DNA of 64,000 bases from Octopus vulgaris (taxonomy: Eukaryota): positions 15,128,001 to 15,192,000 of the forward strand of contig OX597833.1 of the NCBI GenBank assembly GCA_951406725.2. Direction: 5' to 3'. The translations under genes were made by a program, and so were the position numbers. The number at the start of each line of letters is the position of its first letter. Within the stretch, counting starts at the first letter, position 1. Positions 26,071 through 39,230 of this stretch are shown piece by piece. Under the pieces are notes generated by a model. The model was given only the letters and a program-made list of their open reading frames with translations. It did no database searches and was not told where the DNA came from.

Positions 26071-26770
26071 AGTTGGAATTTACGAAAAAATAAGCAAAAG
26101 ATGAAGACGGGTGTGTAAACGACAAACAGCTGAATTTGTTTAACACTCGGGAAGTGAGAATGTCTTTTACGTTTCGAGCCTACGCTCTTCGATAGAAAGG
26201 AAGACAGAAATAAATGGAGAAACAAAATACAAATAAAAGTGTTGGTGGCTAGCGGTCGCTCATGGCGAATGCTGGACAGAAGTGGTCAGTCAAGAGAGCT
26301 AGGAAGAATGGGAGACAATAAAGTAGTGGTGATCCCAAAACGAAAGTGCTCGTGTGTGTGAAAGTGAGAGTGGGAATATGCGTATGAATAGCGGCTGGTG
26401 ACATTGAGGTGTGCGTGTGTGCATATGTAGGTGTGTGGAAGATGCTGTGAGTGCTGGGAAGAGGTCAGTGATAGTGTGTGCGGATGGTGTGATGTGGTGT
26501 GTAGTTGTATGGGGATGTGTGGTGTTGTGGTGTCTGGTGTAGAGTGAGGGAGGGGGTAGAGGTGTGGTATGTTTGAGTGTATTTGTTGTTTTCCCACCAT
26601 TTCTCGACAAACGATGCTGGTGTGTTTACGCGTAAGGAAACTGGTAGAGAATGTTTATGCTTGCAAAGAATCAATCCAGGGGTCGATTTCTGTGATTAGA
26701 AAGAATCCCCTTCAAGATGGTGAACTAGCATGGCTGCAGTTCAATGACTGACACAAGTAAAAGAATAAAA
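25857..26770 (+). mobile_element. SINE-A interrupted at its internal microsatellite by a ~500-bp insert
   Basis: Head 25857-26025, tail 26575-26770, insert about 26072-26570. Confidence 0.8.
26164..26199 (-). ncRNA. Minimal hammerhead-like motif (variant core)
   Basis: RC: cttt CTATCGA a gagc gtag gctc GAAAC GTA aaag. Confidence 0.45.
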
Positions 26771-26885
26771 GCGTATATATATATACATATATAGGGAGAG
26801 TTTGCGAAAAAAACAAAAGACGAAGACAGGTGGTGTAGAAAACAAACAGATGTATTAGTATAACGCTCAGGGATAGAAAAAAAGG

Positions 26886-26921
26886 CTTTTACGTTTTGAG
26901 CCTACGCTCTTCTACAGAAAG
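26886..26921 (-). ncRNA. Minimal hammerhead-like motif, second copy
   Basis: RC: cttt CTGTAGA a gagc gtag gctc AAAAC GTA aaag. Lies within 26792-26950, a homologue of 26072-26222. Confidence 0.45.
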
Positions 26922-26955
26922 GGACACAGAAAAAACAAGGAGAGAAACGAGTATC

Positions 26956-26998
<43 letters not shown>

Positions 26999-27284
26999 TA
27001 AAACTAACAGACTGAGAAGTGTTGATGTTCAGATGATTACTATGTCCGTTGTACATCGCAACACACTCGTTATATGAATGTACACACGCAAATATATTTA
27101 TTTTACGAACTAGCGAATGTTGATGTAATATCTATTGTATAAATACAAGTTTATGAAACAGATGTACAGGAAGAGTTAAACGTTTATTCTCTCACCCCAT
27201 TCCTCTCGTCTTTTCTATTGACTGACATATTAGTGTGTATGTGTGTGAGTGTGTGTACATATACGCACAAACATATATATATAC

Positions 27285-27347
<63 letters not shown>

Positions 27348-27859
27348 TATGTGTGAGTGTGTGTGTGTAAATACATGTATATCTTTTTCCTATAACGTTC
27401 ATTCACTTCAGTCGCCCCCAGTATTTTATAACTTGGTCTAAATTTATCGATCCCGTTTTTCGAAGAGTTAGGTTGGACATAGACACACCAACACCGATAG
27501 TGAAGTGGTGCTGGGAAACTAACACTAACACAAATACTCAGGCATATATATATATGTAATTTAATTGCAAGAGAGTTAGAGGTTGTGAATCCAACAAACT
27601 AAGGGATAATATCTATCCACTATACTGCTGGTAGAATATCCGATTATTAAACTCACGTGGTTTTTCATTGCATGGCAATTGCACTACTGAATGTAATAAG
27701 TGGGTGAAAAGAAAAGTATTTTTTTACTCTTAATTTATACAGCAATAAGAGAATGGAGGGTATGAAGATGTGGTAATCATCAAATTTTAGACATTATATT
27801 ATGTCTATTTATTTATTTATTTAAAAAAACAATTATAACAATATACAAACATTAAAACA

Positions 27860-28085
27860 TATGTTTGTGTGTGTGTATTTGTGTGTCTATGCTTGTAACT
27901 CCAACATCGCTTGACAACAAATGCTGGTGTGTTTAAGTGCCCGTAACATAGCAGTTCGGCAAGAATGACCGATAGAATAAGAACTAGGCTTACAAAGAAT
28001 AAATCCTGGGGTCTATTTGCTCGAATAAAGGCAGTGCTCCAGCATGGGCGCATTCAAATGAATAAAAAAAGTAAAAGAATAAAGG
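27860..28085 (+). mobile_element. SINE-A 3' half
   Basis: cttgacaacaaatgctggtgtgttt...gtgctccagcatgg. Confidence 0.8.
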
Positions 28086-28272
28086 AATAAAGAATATATG
28101 AACACACACACACACACACATATATGGATGTGTATGTGTGTTTATGTTTTTATTTTGATATAGTTCCTGACTGTAGGATCGATAATTATGTAAATATATA
28201 TACCTACAGAGACATACATATACACACGCACGCACACACAAAAATACATACATACATGCGTACATAAATAAG

Positions 28273-28305
<33 letters not shown>

Positions 28306-28306
<1 letters not shown>

Positions 28307-28615
28307 GTTTCTTTATTGGCCACACAGGGCTGCACACAGATGGGACAAGTTACAAGGTAGAGCTTTTCTTTTGGGGGATGAAAAAAACAAAAAGCAAAAG
28401 AAAAAAAAAAGGGGGTGGCGTAGGTTTTCGATCAAGAGGGATCGTAAAAGGGAAGAAAAGAACAAAAAAAATACATAAATAAATAAAATAAAAAATAAAA
28501 AGAATAAAAAAAAAAAAGAAAAGGAAAAGGAACAAAAGAAAAGAGAAATGAAAAAAGAAGAAAAAAGGGGAAAAAAGGGGAAGAGGAAAAAAAGAACGAT
28601 CAATAGGGATCGTGT
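28306..28615 (-). mobile_element. LINE-like 3' UTR fragment in (GATA)n
   Basis: RC: long T-rich tract ending ttgtcccatctgtgtgcagccctgtgtggccaataaagaaa, similar to the SINE-B and 18893-19300 termini. Confidence 0.6.
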
Positions 28616-28671
28616 ATCACAGTGTTATGATAGATAGCACAATGTTATGATAGATCGTGTATCACAGTGTT

Positions 28672-28748
<77 letters not shown>

Positions 28749-29011
28749 GTGAGATAAGAAGGTTTAGGGCAAGGCAAAGGTATATTCTTCATATGAAACA
28801 GGCTTCAAACAAATGCGATTCGACACGAAATATCGCAATTTTATGTGAAAGTTCTCGTTTGTATTCTCACTCGTATGTCATTATTAACCCTTTTAAAGTC
28901 CACGTGAATTGGGATTTGGAGATATGATAATCGTGATCATCATAATGCCATCAGCTAATGACTTAATAATAACTATATAAAATTAACTTTACTGAAGATC
29001 ATTCAATAATC

Positions 29012-29096
<85 letters not shown>

Positions 29097-29099
<3 letters not shown>

Positions 29100-29518
29100 C
29101 GCAGGAGTGGCTATGTGGTAAGTAGCTTGCTAAACAACCACATGGGTCCGGGTTCAGTACCACTGCGTGGCATCTTAGGCAAGTGTCTTCTGCTATAGCC
29201 CCAGGCCGACCAATGCCTTGTGAGTGGATTTGGTAGACGGAAACTGAAAGAAGCCTGTCGTATATATGTATATATATATATGTGTGTGTGTGTGTATATG
29301 TTTGTGTGTCTGTGTTTGTCCCCCTAGCATTGCTTGACAACCGATGCTGGTGTGTTTACGTCCCCGTCACTTAGCGATTCGGCAAAAGAGACCGATAGAA
29401 TAAGTACTGGGCTTACAAAGAATAAGTCCCGGGGTCGATTTGCTCGACTAAAGGCGGTGCTCCAGCATGGCCGCAGTCAAATGACTGAAACAAGTAAAAG
29501 AGTAAAGAGTAAAAGAGT

Positions 29519-29521
<3 letters not shown>
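29097..29521 (+). mobile_element. SINE-A, near consensus
   Basis: Complete head, microsatellite and tail with (aaagagt)n end. Confidence 0.93.
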
Positions 29522-29572
<51 letters not shown>

Positions 29573-29819
29573 CACACACGTATGTATGTAGTATGTATGC
29601 GTGTATGTATGTGTGACATCATAGGCCAAAGCTCCATAGGAGCATGTAATAAATATAGTATTATAACACAATACTAAATCATTTCAAATTAACAGTTGAA
29701 AGCAGTTAACAAGCTGTAGGTTTCATGCATAAATGTTCAAACGAACGTGCTGATACAAATTACTGAGGAAGAATGAGGTATCAATGAAAATACGCGCAAA
29801 TTATGTGTTTGTACCAACT

Positions 29820-30205
29820 GGTGGAGGCGCAATGACCCAGTGATTAGGGCAGCGGACTCGCGGTCGTAGGATCGCGGTTTCGATTCCCAGACCGGGCGTT
29901 GTGAGTGTTTATTGAGCGAAAACACCTAAAAGCTCCACGAGGCTCCGGCAGGGGATGGTGGTGATCCCAGCTTTACTCTTTCACCACAACTTTCTCTCAC
30001 TCTTACTTCCTGTTTCTGTTGTACCTGTATTTCAAAGGGCCGGCCTTGTCACTCTCTGTGTCACGCTGAATATCCCCGAGAACTACGTTAAGGGTACACG
30101 TGTCTGTGGAGTGCTCAGCCACTTACAAGTTAATTTCACGAGCAGGCTGTTCAGTTGATCGGATCAACCGGAACCCTCGTCGTCGTAACCGACGGAGTGC
30201 TTCCA
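29820..30205 (+). mobile_element. SINE-C, tail type 1, full length
   Basis: ggtggaggcgcaatg ... gacggagtgcttcca. Confidence 0.93.
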
Positions 30206-30647
30206 AAAGTACATATATATATATATATATGAAGAGGTGTTAACATAGGATATTAATCCAAGTGAAATACTTCTTAAGCTCTCTGCAGATACATGATACA
30301 CGTGGTTAACAAAAAAATTTGTCTTGATATTGTAGTCCCGATAATGCGAAGTCGAAAATCTAAGTCCACAGTCGAAGACCATCACCAGTTAGGGTTTTCA
30401 ATCCATGGTTGCTTTACCCGGTTAACAGCAAGGCTCTTATATCATTCCCACGATAATTAATCATCTGAACAAATGGATATGATAAGCGCACCCACACACC
30501 ACCCCAGTCTAATAGATTAATGATGAAACATATTTAAATGAAATAATTAATTGGCAACTTATTAGAGGCTTGAATTACAGATTCAATTTCCTTGTCTCTT
30601 CTTTCTAATTTTTGGGTGATAAGAATTTATCCCTTTTTTATTTTATA

Positions 30648-31042
30648 CTAGCAGTATCGCCCGGCGTTGCTCGGGTTTGTAAGGGAAATAACTATAAAGC
30701 ATTTTTAGAGAGTTATAGCCAAAAATTAGCAAAAAATGCATTAAAAATGAAAAAAAAATGATGGTAAATTTTTTTTTAAATCGTTGACTCATCGTAGACA
30801 TTTTTAGAGAGTTTCTTCCCTTATTTAATAGCGAGAAAATGCATTAAAATGGAAAAAATGATGGTAAATTATTTTTAACATCGTAGACTTATCGTAGACC
30901 CGCGCTAATACCCAGAAGGGCTCGATATGAATCACGACTATAAGATACCCGGTTTTGGTTAAACTGCACCGCAAAATGTTGGAGCAGTTAGGAATCTAAA
31001 TCGTAGGAGACAGACACACAACTTCACTTTTATATATAAAGA
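30648..31042 (-). mobile_element. Non-autonomous Helitron (H1)
   Basis: RC: A|TCTTTATATATAAAAG ... cccgagcaacgccgggcgatactgCTAG|T. Confidence 0.88.
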
Positions 31043-31061
31043 TTTTCCTTTTATTATCATA

Positions 31062-31443
31062 CTAGCAGTATCGCCCGGCGTTGCTCAGGTTTGTAAGGGA
31101 AATAACTATAAAGCATTTTTAGAGAGTTATAGCCAAAAAATAGAAAAAAAATAGAAAAAAATGATGGTAAATTTTTTTTTAGTTAAAAAAGGTGGAGTTG
31201 CGTCCCCTAGACAGTTTGCGGTTTGTGTTTCTGATTCTCGACCCCATGTCGAATTTATCGATTTTTTTCAGAACTGGGGGAACTTTTCAAAATTTTCGCT
31301 GCGTTAGTTTTGAATTATGACATTGGGCTATGTGTGTGTCAAGTTTCATCAGAATCGGTTGAAAGCCGTGGTCAGGGTGAGGGTACAAGCAAACAGACAC
31401 ACAGAAACACGCACAGACAAACTGCCGTTTATATATAGAGAGA
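31062..31443 (-). mobile_element. Non-autonomous Helitron (H2)
   Basis: RC matches 23354-23728; lies 19 bp from the H1 copy. Confidence 0.88.
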
Positions 31444-31605
31444 TACCCATTCCCTTAATTTTCCCTTTCGTTTTCATTTTCATTTTTGTTTTGCTTGTTT
31501 TTTTTGCTTTTACTTTGCTTCGTTCTCCTTTTATTCCTATTGTAGGTGTATCTTCTTCACTTAGCACTTGTGTAATTTATTCTATCATTCTATTTAAGAA
31601 TCATA

Positions 31606-31665
31606 TGATTGATTGATTGATTCTAGTTTCAGCTCACGAGCTGTGGCCATGCTGGGGCACCGCCA
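31606..31665 (-). mobile_element. Very short CR1-type 3' tail with (AATC)n
   Basis: RC: ggcggtgccccagcatggcca cagctc gt gagctg aaactag aatcaatc. A SINE-B head fragment follows at 31670-31773. Confidence 0.65.
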
Positions 31666-32456
31666 TTTGGATGAAAGGCAAGGTCGACCTCGGCGGAAAT
31701 TGAACTCAAGACGTAAACGCAGACGAAATACCGCTAAGCATTTTGCCCGGCGTGCTAACGATTCTGCCAGCTCGAAACCCTAACCTTAACCTTTGCATTG
31801 CAACTGTACCAACGATACCTACTTGTATAATTTCGAATACTTATAACCTTAGTATTACTCTTTATTCACTTGTTTTCTGTGGTGCCATGTCTTTTCCCTC
31901 GCCGTCATTTTTTCAAACGCCTGTCTGCCCACAACATTTGGTCCGCCATCTTTTTCTCCAATTTTAGATAAGCTCTTTAGAAAACAAGGTGAGATATCTA
32001 ATAATATAGTCACAGAACTATATCAAGCCACATTATAAGATTCTTTTTATCGTTCCTTTTCCTCATCTTTTCCTTCTATCTCTTAAGTATAGGGTTGTGT
32101 ATAGGGAATGATGTAAATTTAATGTAGGCAATTTTAATTTACCAATTCCGAAATGACAAAGTTCATAGTTCAAAGTTCAAATGAAACGTAGTTGATGAAA
32201 TTAATTACATCTACGGTGTTCATCCAAGAATGTGTATGTTTACTCTTTACTCTTTTATTTGTTTCAATCATTTGATTGCGGCCATGCTGGAGCACTGCCT
32301 TTTTAGTCAAAGAAATCGACCCCAGGTCTTATTCTTTGTAAGCCTAGTACTTATTCTATCGGTCACTTTTGCCGACGCGCTAAGTAACGGGGGACGTAAA
32401 CATACCACCATCGGTTGTCAAGTGATGTGGGGGGGGACAAACACAGACACACACAC

Positions 32457-32527
<71 letters not shown>

Positions 32528-32735
32528 CATACATATACATACATATATAAATATATATCATAATAAATATTAGGGAATAAATCCAAATTTACAGGGAAAA
32601 ATCAGATTTAGGATTGAATTTTATAGTAAAGTATTATATAATATTAATTAGAGACAAAACCACTATTTTGCAAATCAAACAAAGAAAGACTTAATCCAAT
32701 ACATAAAAACATTTTAATATAAAGTAAATATATCG

Positions 32736-32779
32736 CCACTACAATTGTTTCCTGTCTTCAAATGACATTCATCAGGTGG
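32736..32779 (-). ncRNA. Type I hammerhead motif (left arm)
   Basis: Exact RC of 32805-32848. Confidence 0.75.
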
Positions 32780-32804
32780 ATTTCATATCTTCAAGATATG
32801 AAAT

Positions 32805-32848
32805 CCACCTGATGAATGTCATTTGAAGACAGGAAACAATTGTAGTGG
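32805..32848 (+). ncRNA. Type I hammerhead motif (right arm)
   Basis: ccac CTGATGA a tgtc atttgaa gaca g GAAAC aatt GTA gtgg; palindromic helix III acaattgt. Confidence 0.75.
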
Positions 32849-32974
32849 CGATTTATTTACTTTATATTAAAATTTTTTTTGTATTGATTAAGTCTTTCCT
32901 TGTTTGATTTGCAAAATAGTGGTTTTGCCTCTAATTAATATTATATATATATATATATATATACATACATATAC

Positions 32975-33016
<42 letters not shown>

Positions 33017-33550
33017 ATGTATATACGACAGGCTTCTTTCAGTTTCCGTCTACCAAATCCACTCACAAGGCTTTGGTCGGCCCGAGGCTACAGTAGAAGA
33101 CACTTGCCGAAGGTGCCACGCAGTGGGACTGAACCCGGAACCGTGTGGTTGGTAAGCTGGCTACTTACTCTACAGTCACTCCTGCGCCTATAACTTTATG
33201 TGTATTAATGTTTTTCAATTTCTTTTCTTTTCTTTTATTGAGGTTTAAACAGATTTAAGTTGAGGGAGATTACTAAAAGTACCGATATTTCTCGTAAAAC
33301 AGAGGGAGATAACCAATTTTTTAAACCAACAAGTACCATATATTCTAAATATCAGACTTACAACCTTAGAGAAATGCAATATCGCGATTGGCTCTGTGGT
33401 AAGAAGTGTGCATTCCTACTATATTACTGAGAGTCCAATACCACTTTGTGACATCTTACGAATAGCTCTTGCAGATGGAATACAAAGAGGAAAAACCTGC
33501 TATATAATATATATATGCTTATATAATAAATAATAAATAACCTGTAGTAT

Positions 33551-33649
<99 letters not shown>

Positions 33650-33866
33650 ACTGGAGGAGGTCACCAACGGCTCAAACAATATAAAATACGTAAATAACGA
33701 GAAAAGATCCTTGAAAAACCCTTGAAAAATAGGAGTAGACAGGAGTGATGAAGGGTCCGTACTCTGTTGACTTTTCCTGTGCTCCATTTTGTCTCCCGTT
33801 CTTTACATATTTAACAGTTTTGTTCGCGTATTTCATGTTGTTTGAACTGTTGATGACATCCTGTGC
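33650..33866. repeat. Diverged foldback between microsatellites
   Basis: ggaggtcaccaacggctcaaacaatataaaatacg versus cgtatttcatgttgtttgaactgttgatgacatcc. Confidence 0.65.
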
Positions 33867-33897
33867 ACGTATATGATATATATATATATATATATCA

Positions 33898-33972
<75 letters not shown>

Positions 33973-35077
33973 TATATATACAGTTCTTTACTCTTTATTG
34001 TTTAATCGAAAGCGACGTATCCATTTCAAGTAAGTATATATATATATATATATATATATGTGTATGTGTGTGTGTGTGTGTGTGTGTGTCTTTTGGAATT
34101 TGATTGTCCTGAGCACCTCTTGACATCCATTGTTTAGCTCTCTGTACCGTAGCGGTTCAGCCAAGAAATCAATATAACAGATCGATAGGATGCGCACTGG
34201 TTCGATGTAATTGACTGACCCCTCCCCCGAAATTGCTGACCATACCCCAAAATTCCAAAGCATTATTATTAGTAGTAAAAGTATTAGTAATAGTAGTAGT
34301 AGTAGTAGTAAAATTTGTAGTTGTAGTGATATTGCTGGTGTTTGTGAAATGTAAACTTTCATTTCCAAATAATCAATATAATTGCCACTTAAGTTTAATT
34401 AATTAATATTCATCAATAATGTAAAACCGACCACCATCGACGAATGCATTTCAAACAAGAGGCAAAATTTCTCGTTTCGTTTCTTGAAATCATTAAATAA
34501 AAATTCCTGTTTGTTCCTGAATTGTATTCGACCTATGAAGATACTACATCGTTACCAACTAGTAATATTTTGTGAATGATAAATTCAAAGAGCGTGAAGG
34601 ATGCGAAAATACTTCCAATTGAAACAGCCTTATTCTTTAATCCATTTTGTTTATATTTTGGAAGAGAAAATCTTTGTAATATCATACTGGAGAACAATAC
34701 ATATTCTCGCTACAAATGCTGACCACATTCCAGGTTTCTTTTTCGCAATGATGTTGCTAGCATTACGATAGTTTTGCATTCATATTCCTCGGTAATCGAT
34801 TCCACCAGTATCAGGAATAGTGTTTACAAACGAGTGATCATTTTTACTGATCTACACACTGCTGGAAGATGAAGATTGGTTGTCAATACGCTACCGATAT
34901 AATATGAAGATTTTAAAACATTTGTTTCATTTATTTCTGCCCAAATTCGCTATAAAAAGTCATTTGTTAGATCAATGTTTTTCACGCAGTCCCGAATCGT
35001 AATGATACATCTTCTGAAACTATATCTGCATTAACAACATTTCAGAGATTCCATAGATATTCAGAGATTCCACAGAT

Positions 35078-35494
35078 AGGCGCATGAGTGGCTGTGTGGT
35101 AAGTAGCTTGCTTACCAACCACATGGTTCCGGGTTCAGTCCCACTGCGTGGCATCTTGGGCAAGTGTCTTCTACTATAGCCTCGGGCCGACCAATGCCTT
35201 ATGAGTGGATATGGTAGACGGAAACTGAAAGAAGCTTGTCGAATATATGTATATATATATATATATGTATGTGTGTATATGTGTGTATGTCTGTGTTTGT
35301 CCCACTAGCATTGCTTGGCAACCGATGCTGGTGTGGTTAAGTCCCCGTCACTTAGCGGTTCGGCAAAAAGAGACCGATAGAATAAGTACTGGGCTTACAA
35401 AAGAATAAGTCCCGGGGTCGAGTTGCCCGATTAAAGGCGGTGCTCCAGCATGGCCGCAGTCAAATGACTGAAACAAGTAAAAGAGTGAAAGAGT
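35078..35494 (+). mobile_element. SINE-A, full length
   Basis: Near-consensus match. Confidence 0.93.
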
Positions 35495-37014
35495 AGATAT
35501 CCAGCAGTTAATGCTCATTGCTTCTCTGATAGCACTTCCATTTCGAAATTCATATCTGTTTTATAAGGTTAAATTGTATTATAAACTGACAAGAAGTGAA
35601 AGTTTGGTACAACAACACACTGTTTCTTAAATAGAAACGAGTAAAATATACTAGACGCCATTTTCTTTCATTCAAGAGTCTCCATATCTTAATTCTTTGA
35701 TTAATTTGCATGAGCGAAATCCGTAAGGGAACCTGATTGTAATAAGAGTATTACTTTTAAAAAGAAAACAAAATACAAATAACAAAAACAATAGATAATT
35801 TCATAACGATAAACTCTTAACACAAATAATAATTATCGTAGTGTAGATCATAATAATATTATTGACAAAAAGAACACTAATAATAAACATCACAAAATTA
35901 AGTCTAAAAACAAATTTAAATAATAGAACTTCTAATCGAGCCAATAGTGAATTATTGACTAGATTACTAGTCTGTACCTCTACTTAAATAGTGAAGAGGA
36001 GATACAAATAATGATAAGGCTAATGCTATGATGGCGTTGATGCTTAAATCAGTAATCTATTGATAAAATATTGATGATGAAAGATGAAAGCAATTTTCAT
36101 AGATTAGAAAGGAAAGGGGCACAGGAGAAGCTTATGGGGAAATGGGGAGAACGGAGTGTAGGAGGGACCAGGAGGGAGCAAATGGGGAAGAGTGAAAGGT
36201 GAAGAGATTAAAGAAAGGGAAAGTTAAAAGATGAAAAGATTAAGAACGGTCGTGGAATTCACTGCACAGACGTGATGCTTTTAATATTTTTTATGAATAT
36301 CGAATTGTGTATGCTGTGTGTTTTGGGTAAATGAAGAAGTAAAATCTCAGACAAATAATGGAGAAGAACACAAAGATGAAGACGAAGTAGAGGAAGGAGT
36401 GGAACAAAAAAGAGAAGATGAAAAAGAAGAACAAGTAATACAGGAGGTGAAGATATTTTTTTTAAACGGAGAAGAATAAAAGATGAAATAAAATGGAGAG
36501 ATAAAGCAGGAAATTTTGCTGAAAGATGCAGACGATAAAAATAATTGATAAAAGGGAAGAAGTAAAAAAAAAATAAATGCATATAAAAATGGCAAGAAAA
36601 GATTTTAAAATATGTAGTGAAACAGTAGGGCATCTTTGTAGAAAGGACTCTGTGAAAGAGTTTAAAAAAAAAACATTAGGTGGTAGATGTATAAAAAATA
36701 ATCAATGTCGTCTGTTTACGCAAATAATGTCGGGACGATAATATATTCAAATCCTGTCGGTGAAACACGTGGATATTTGTACGTGATAATTCTACAATAT
36801 TCAATATGACAAACGCGGCGAATTGATAAATATACAACTGTTTAAAAAAAAGATTATGATTTTGAAATTTTCACTTTTATCAAGATACCAAGAACGATTG
36901 ATAATCCACACGAATATAGAACGGCAACATAATTATGGAATTACAGAATGGTATTTTCACGAGATTGTCGAACTGGTACGCAGCATTTACGCAGACTATA
37001 GAGTGAAAACAAGA

Positions 37015-37390
37015 TTATTTCTATTCTAAACACATGGCCCGAAATTTTTGGGAAGAGGACCTGCCGATTAGATCGATCTCAGTACACAGCTGGTACGTAG
37101 TTTATCGAACCCAAAAGGTTGAAAGGCAAAGTCAACCTCGGCGGAATTTGAACTCAGAACATAAAGACTGACGAAATACCTATTTCTTTACTACTCACAT
37201 GGGGCTAGACACAGAGGAGACAAACAAGGACAGGCAAACGGATTAAGTCGATTATATCGACCCCAGTGCGTAACTGGTACTTAATTTGTCGACCCCGAAA
37301 GGATGAAAGGCAAAGTTGACCTCGGCGAAATTTGAACTCAGAACGTAACGGCAGAGGAGACGTGCTAACGTTTCTGCCAGCTCGCCGACT
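37015..37390 (-). mobile_element. SINE-B dimer: young unit plus old-tail unit
   Basis: Junction at about 37180. Distal unit ends (RC) cccaaaaatttcgggccatgtgtttagaatagaaa. Flanking direct repeat tagagtgaaa(a)caa. Confidence 0.85.
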
Positions 37391-38566
37391 TAGAGTGAAA
37401 CAATTAAAAATAAAAATATTAAGGAGAGTTGTATCATTAGAGGTGTATTATGCAGTTACATATCTTATGAATTATTTTCTTTAACTTATATAGTTTCACG
37501 AAGACAACGTTTCTGGGCGCCTGTTGAAGGAATTGCCCGTGGCTTATATGTAGTTACAAAATAAAAATGTTGCTTTGAAGAGGGATCAGCTATATACTTT
37601 CTTTACTTTTTTTAAACGTCTTCAGCAATATGGAGTTCCCTCGGTTGGCGGCGAGCCAGAAAAATCGTTACCACGCCACGCAAAATACTTAGTGATATTT
37701 CGTTCGTAATTTTATGAGTTCAAATTGCGTGAAGATCGACTTTGCTTTTCATCCTTTCAGGATCGATTAAATAAGCACCAGTCGAGAACTGGAGTCGAAA
37801 TAGTAGACCTTCTACTCACATTTTTAACCAATATAACGGTTCCTGAAAACTAGAGGAAAGTAGTTACCTAATGTTATAGAAATGCGTATATTTTGATGGT
37901 AAATAATTTGTGTGATTATAGATAAAACGAGATATGATTAATAACTTAAATGGACAAATTACAGCGAATTAGGATGATTAAGACTGACGTGTTGGTTATC
38001 GTACTAAAAATTTCTCTATGATCATAGTCGATATGTGTATATATGTTAGATATTTGGCTAGTTGATCTACAATCACGTTTTACCCCATAAAGGGAGAGAA
38101 TTTGAGATAGTGACAGAGACGTTCGTAGAGAGTTAACAGAAGAGATGTAGAAAGTGTGAATATACTAAAAAGATCATTGATACAAAGGAAGAGGAGAATG
38201 ACGGTATACATATACACGTGTGTGCGTGTGGATATGTATATATGATTTTGTATAATGCAAAATCAATTGAAAATATAATTTTTTTCATTTTATTTTTCAC
38301 TACTTATTACCATTTAGTGTAATGATTCTTCTTTTGAAAATTAAGATTCATTTCATCATTTTGTAGAAGTATCAAGAAATTTCAGAAATATAAGCTCATA
38401 ATTTTTGTATATATGCCATATTTTGCGATATTAAGAATGATAGTAAAAGTTTGAAATACGTTTGAAAATACTATTTGAATGAGTAAATAGTTTTAAGTCG
38501 GATAACAGTATGCTCAATGCCAAGCTATTTTGAAGCCCTTGGAAGTTCACTCTCAGATTAGGTAAG

Positions 38567-38726
<160 letters not shown>

Positions 38727-38849
38727 GAAGTTCAGCAAAATTTAGATTCAAATGAATATGGTACTTAAGTCAGATGCACCAGGATTTTGTACGGTGTTTT
38801 CCATATAAATCCATGGGGTGAGTATAATCAAAGGGAGAGGAGTTCTTTG

Positions 38850-38897
<48 letters not shown>

Positions 38898-38971
38898 CTT
38901 TGATATATATATATATATATATTTACTTTGATATATATATATATATATATTTACTTTGATAAATATATAAC

Positions 38972-39219
38972 ACCGTGATCACCGTAGCCGACCAGGCTAT
39001 CACATATTGCCACACATCGCTGGTCACAATGCGCTTCGCATTGTTTTAGCTTTCAAATGACGCCAGCCCGCTGGCTAAGCGAGCAGGCCAACAGAAGAAA
39101 GAGTGAAACAAAATTGTGGCGAAAGAGTACACCAGGGATCGCCACCAACCCCTGCCGGAGCCTCACAGAGCTTTAGGTGTTTTCATTCAATAAGCACTCA
39201 CAGCGCCCCGTCTGGGAAT
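38972..39219 (-). mobile_element. SINE-C tail type 2, 5'-truncated
   Basis: Matches 11780-12030. Confidence 0.88.
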
Positions 39220-39230
39220 ATATATATATA

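Larger units (their letters stand above)
32562..32946. mobile_element. Foldback element (Penelope-like inverted terminal repeat) with one-sided tail
   Basis: About 155-bp arms centred on C32792 (atatctt c aagatat), with an unpaired extension at 32562-32635. Confidence 0.8.
32250..33190 (-). mobile_element. SINE-A interrupted by a foldback element
   Basis: Tail 32250-32450 and head 33024-33190, with the insert inside the internal (TA)n. Confidence 0.88.

Noticed and set aside
38450-38505. Decayed minus-strand hammerhead beside (TA)n
   Set aside because: A hairpin is present but the core has too many changes to support a call.
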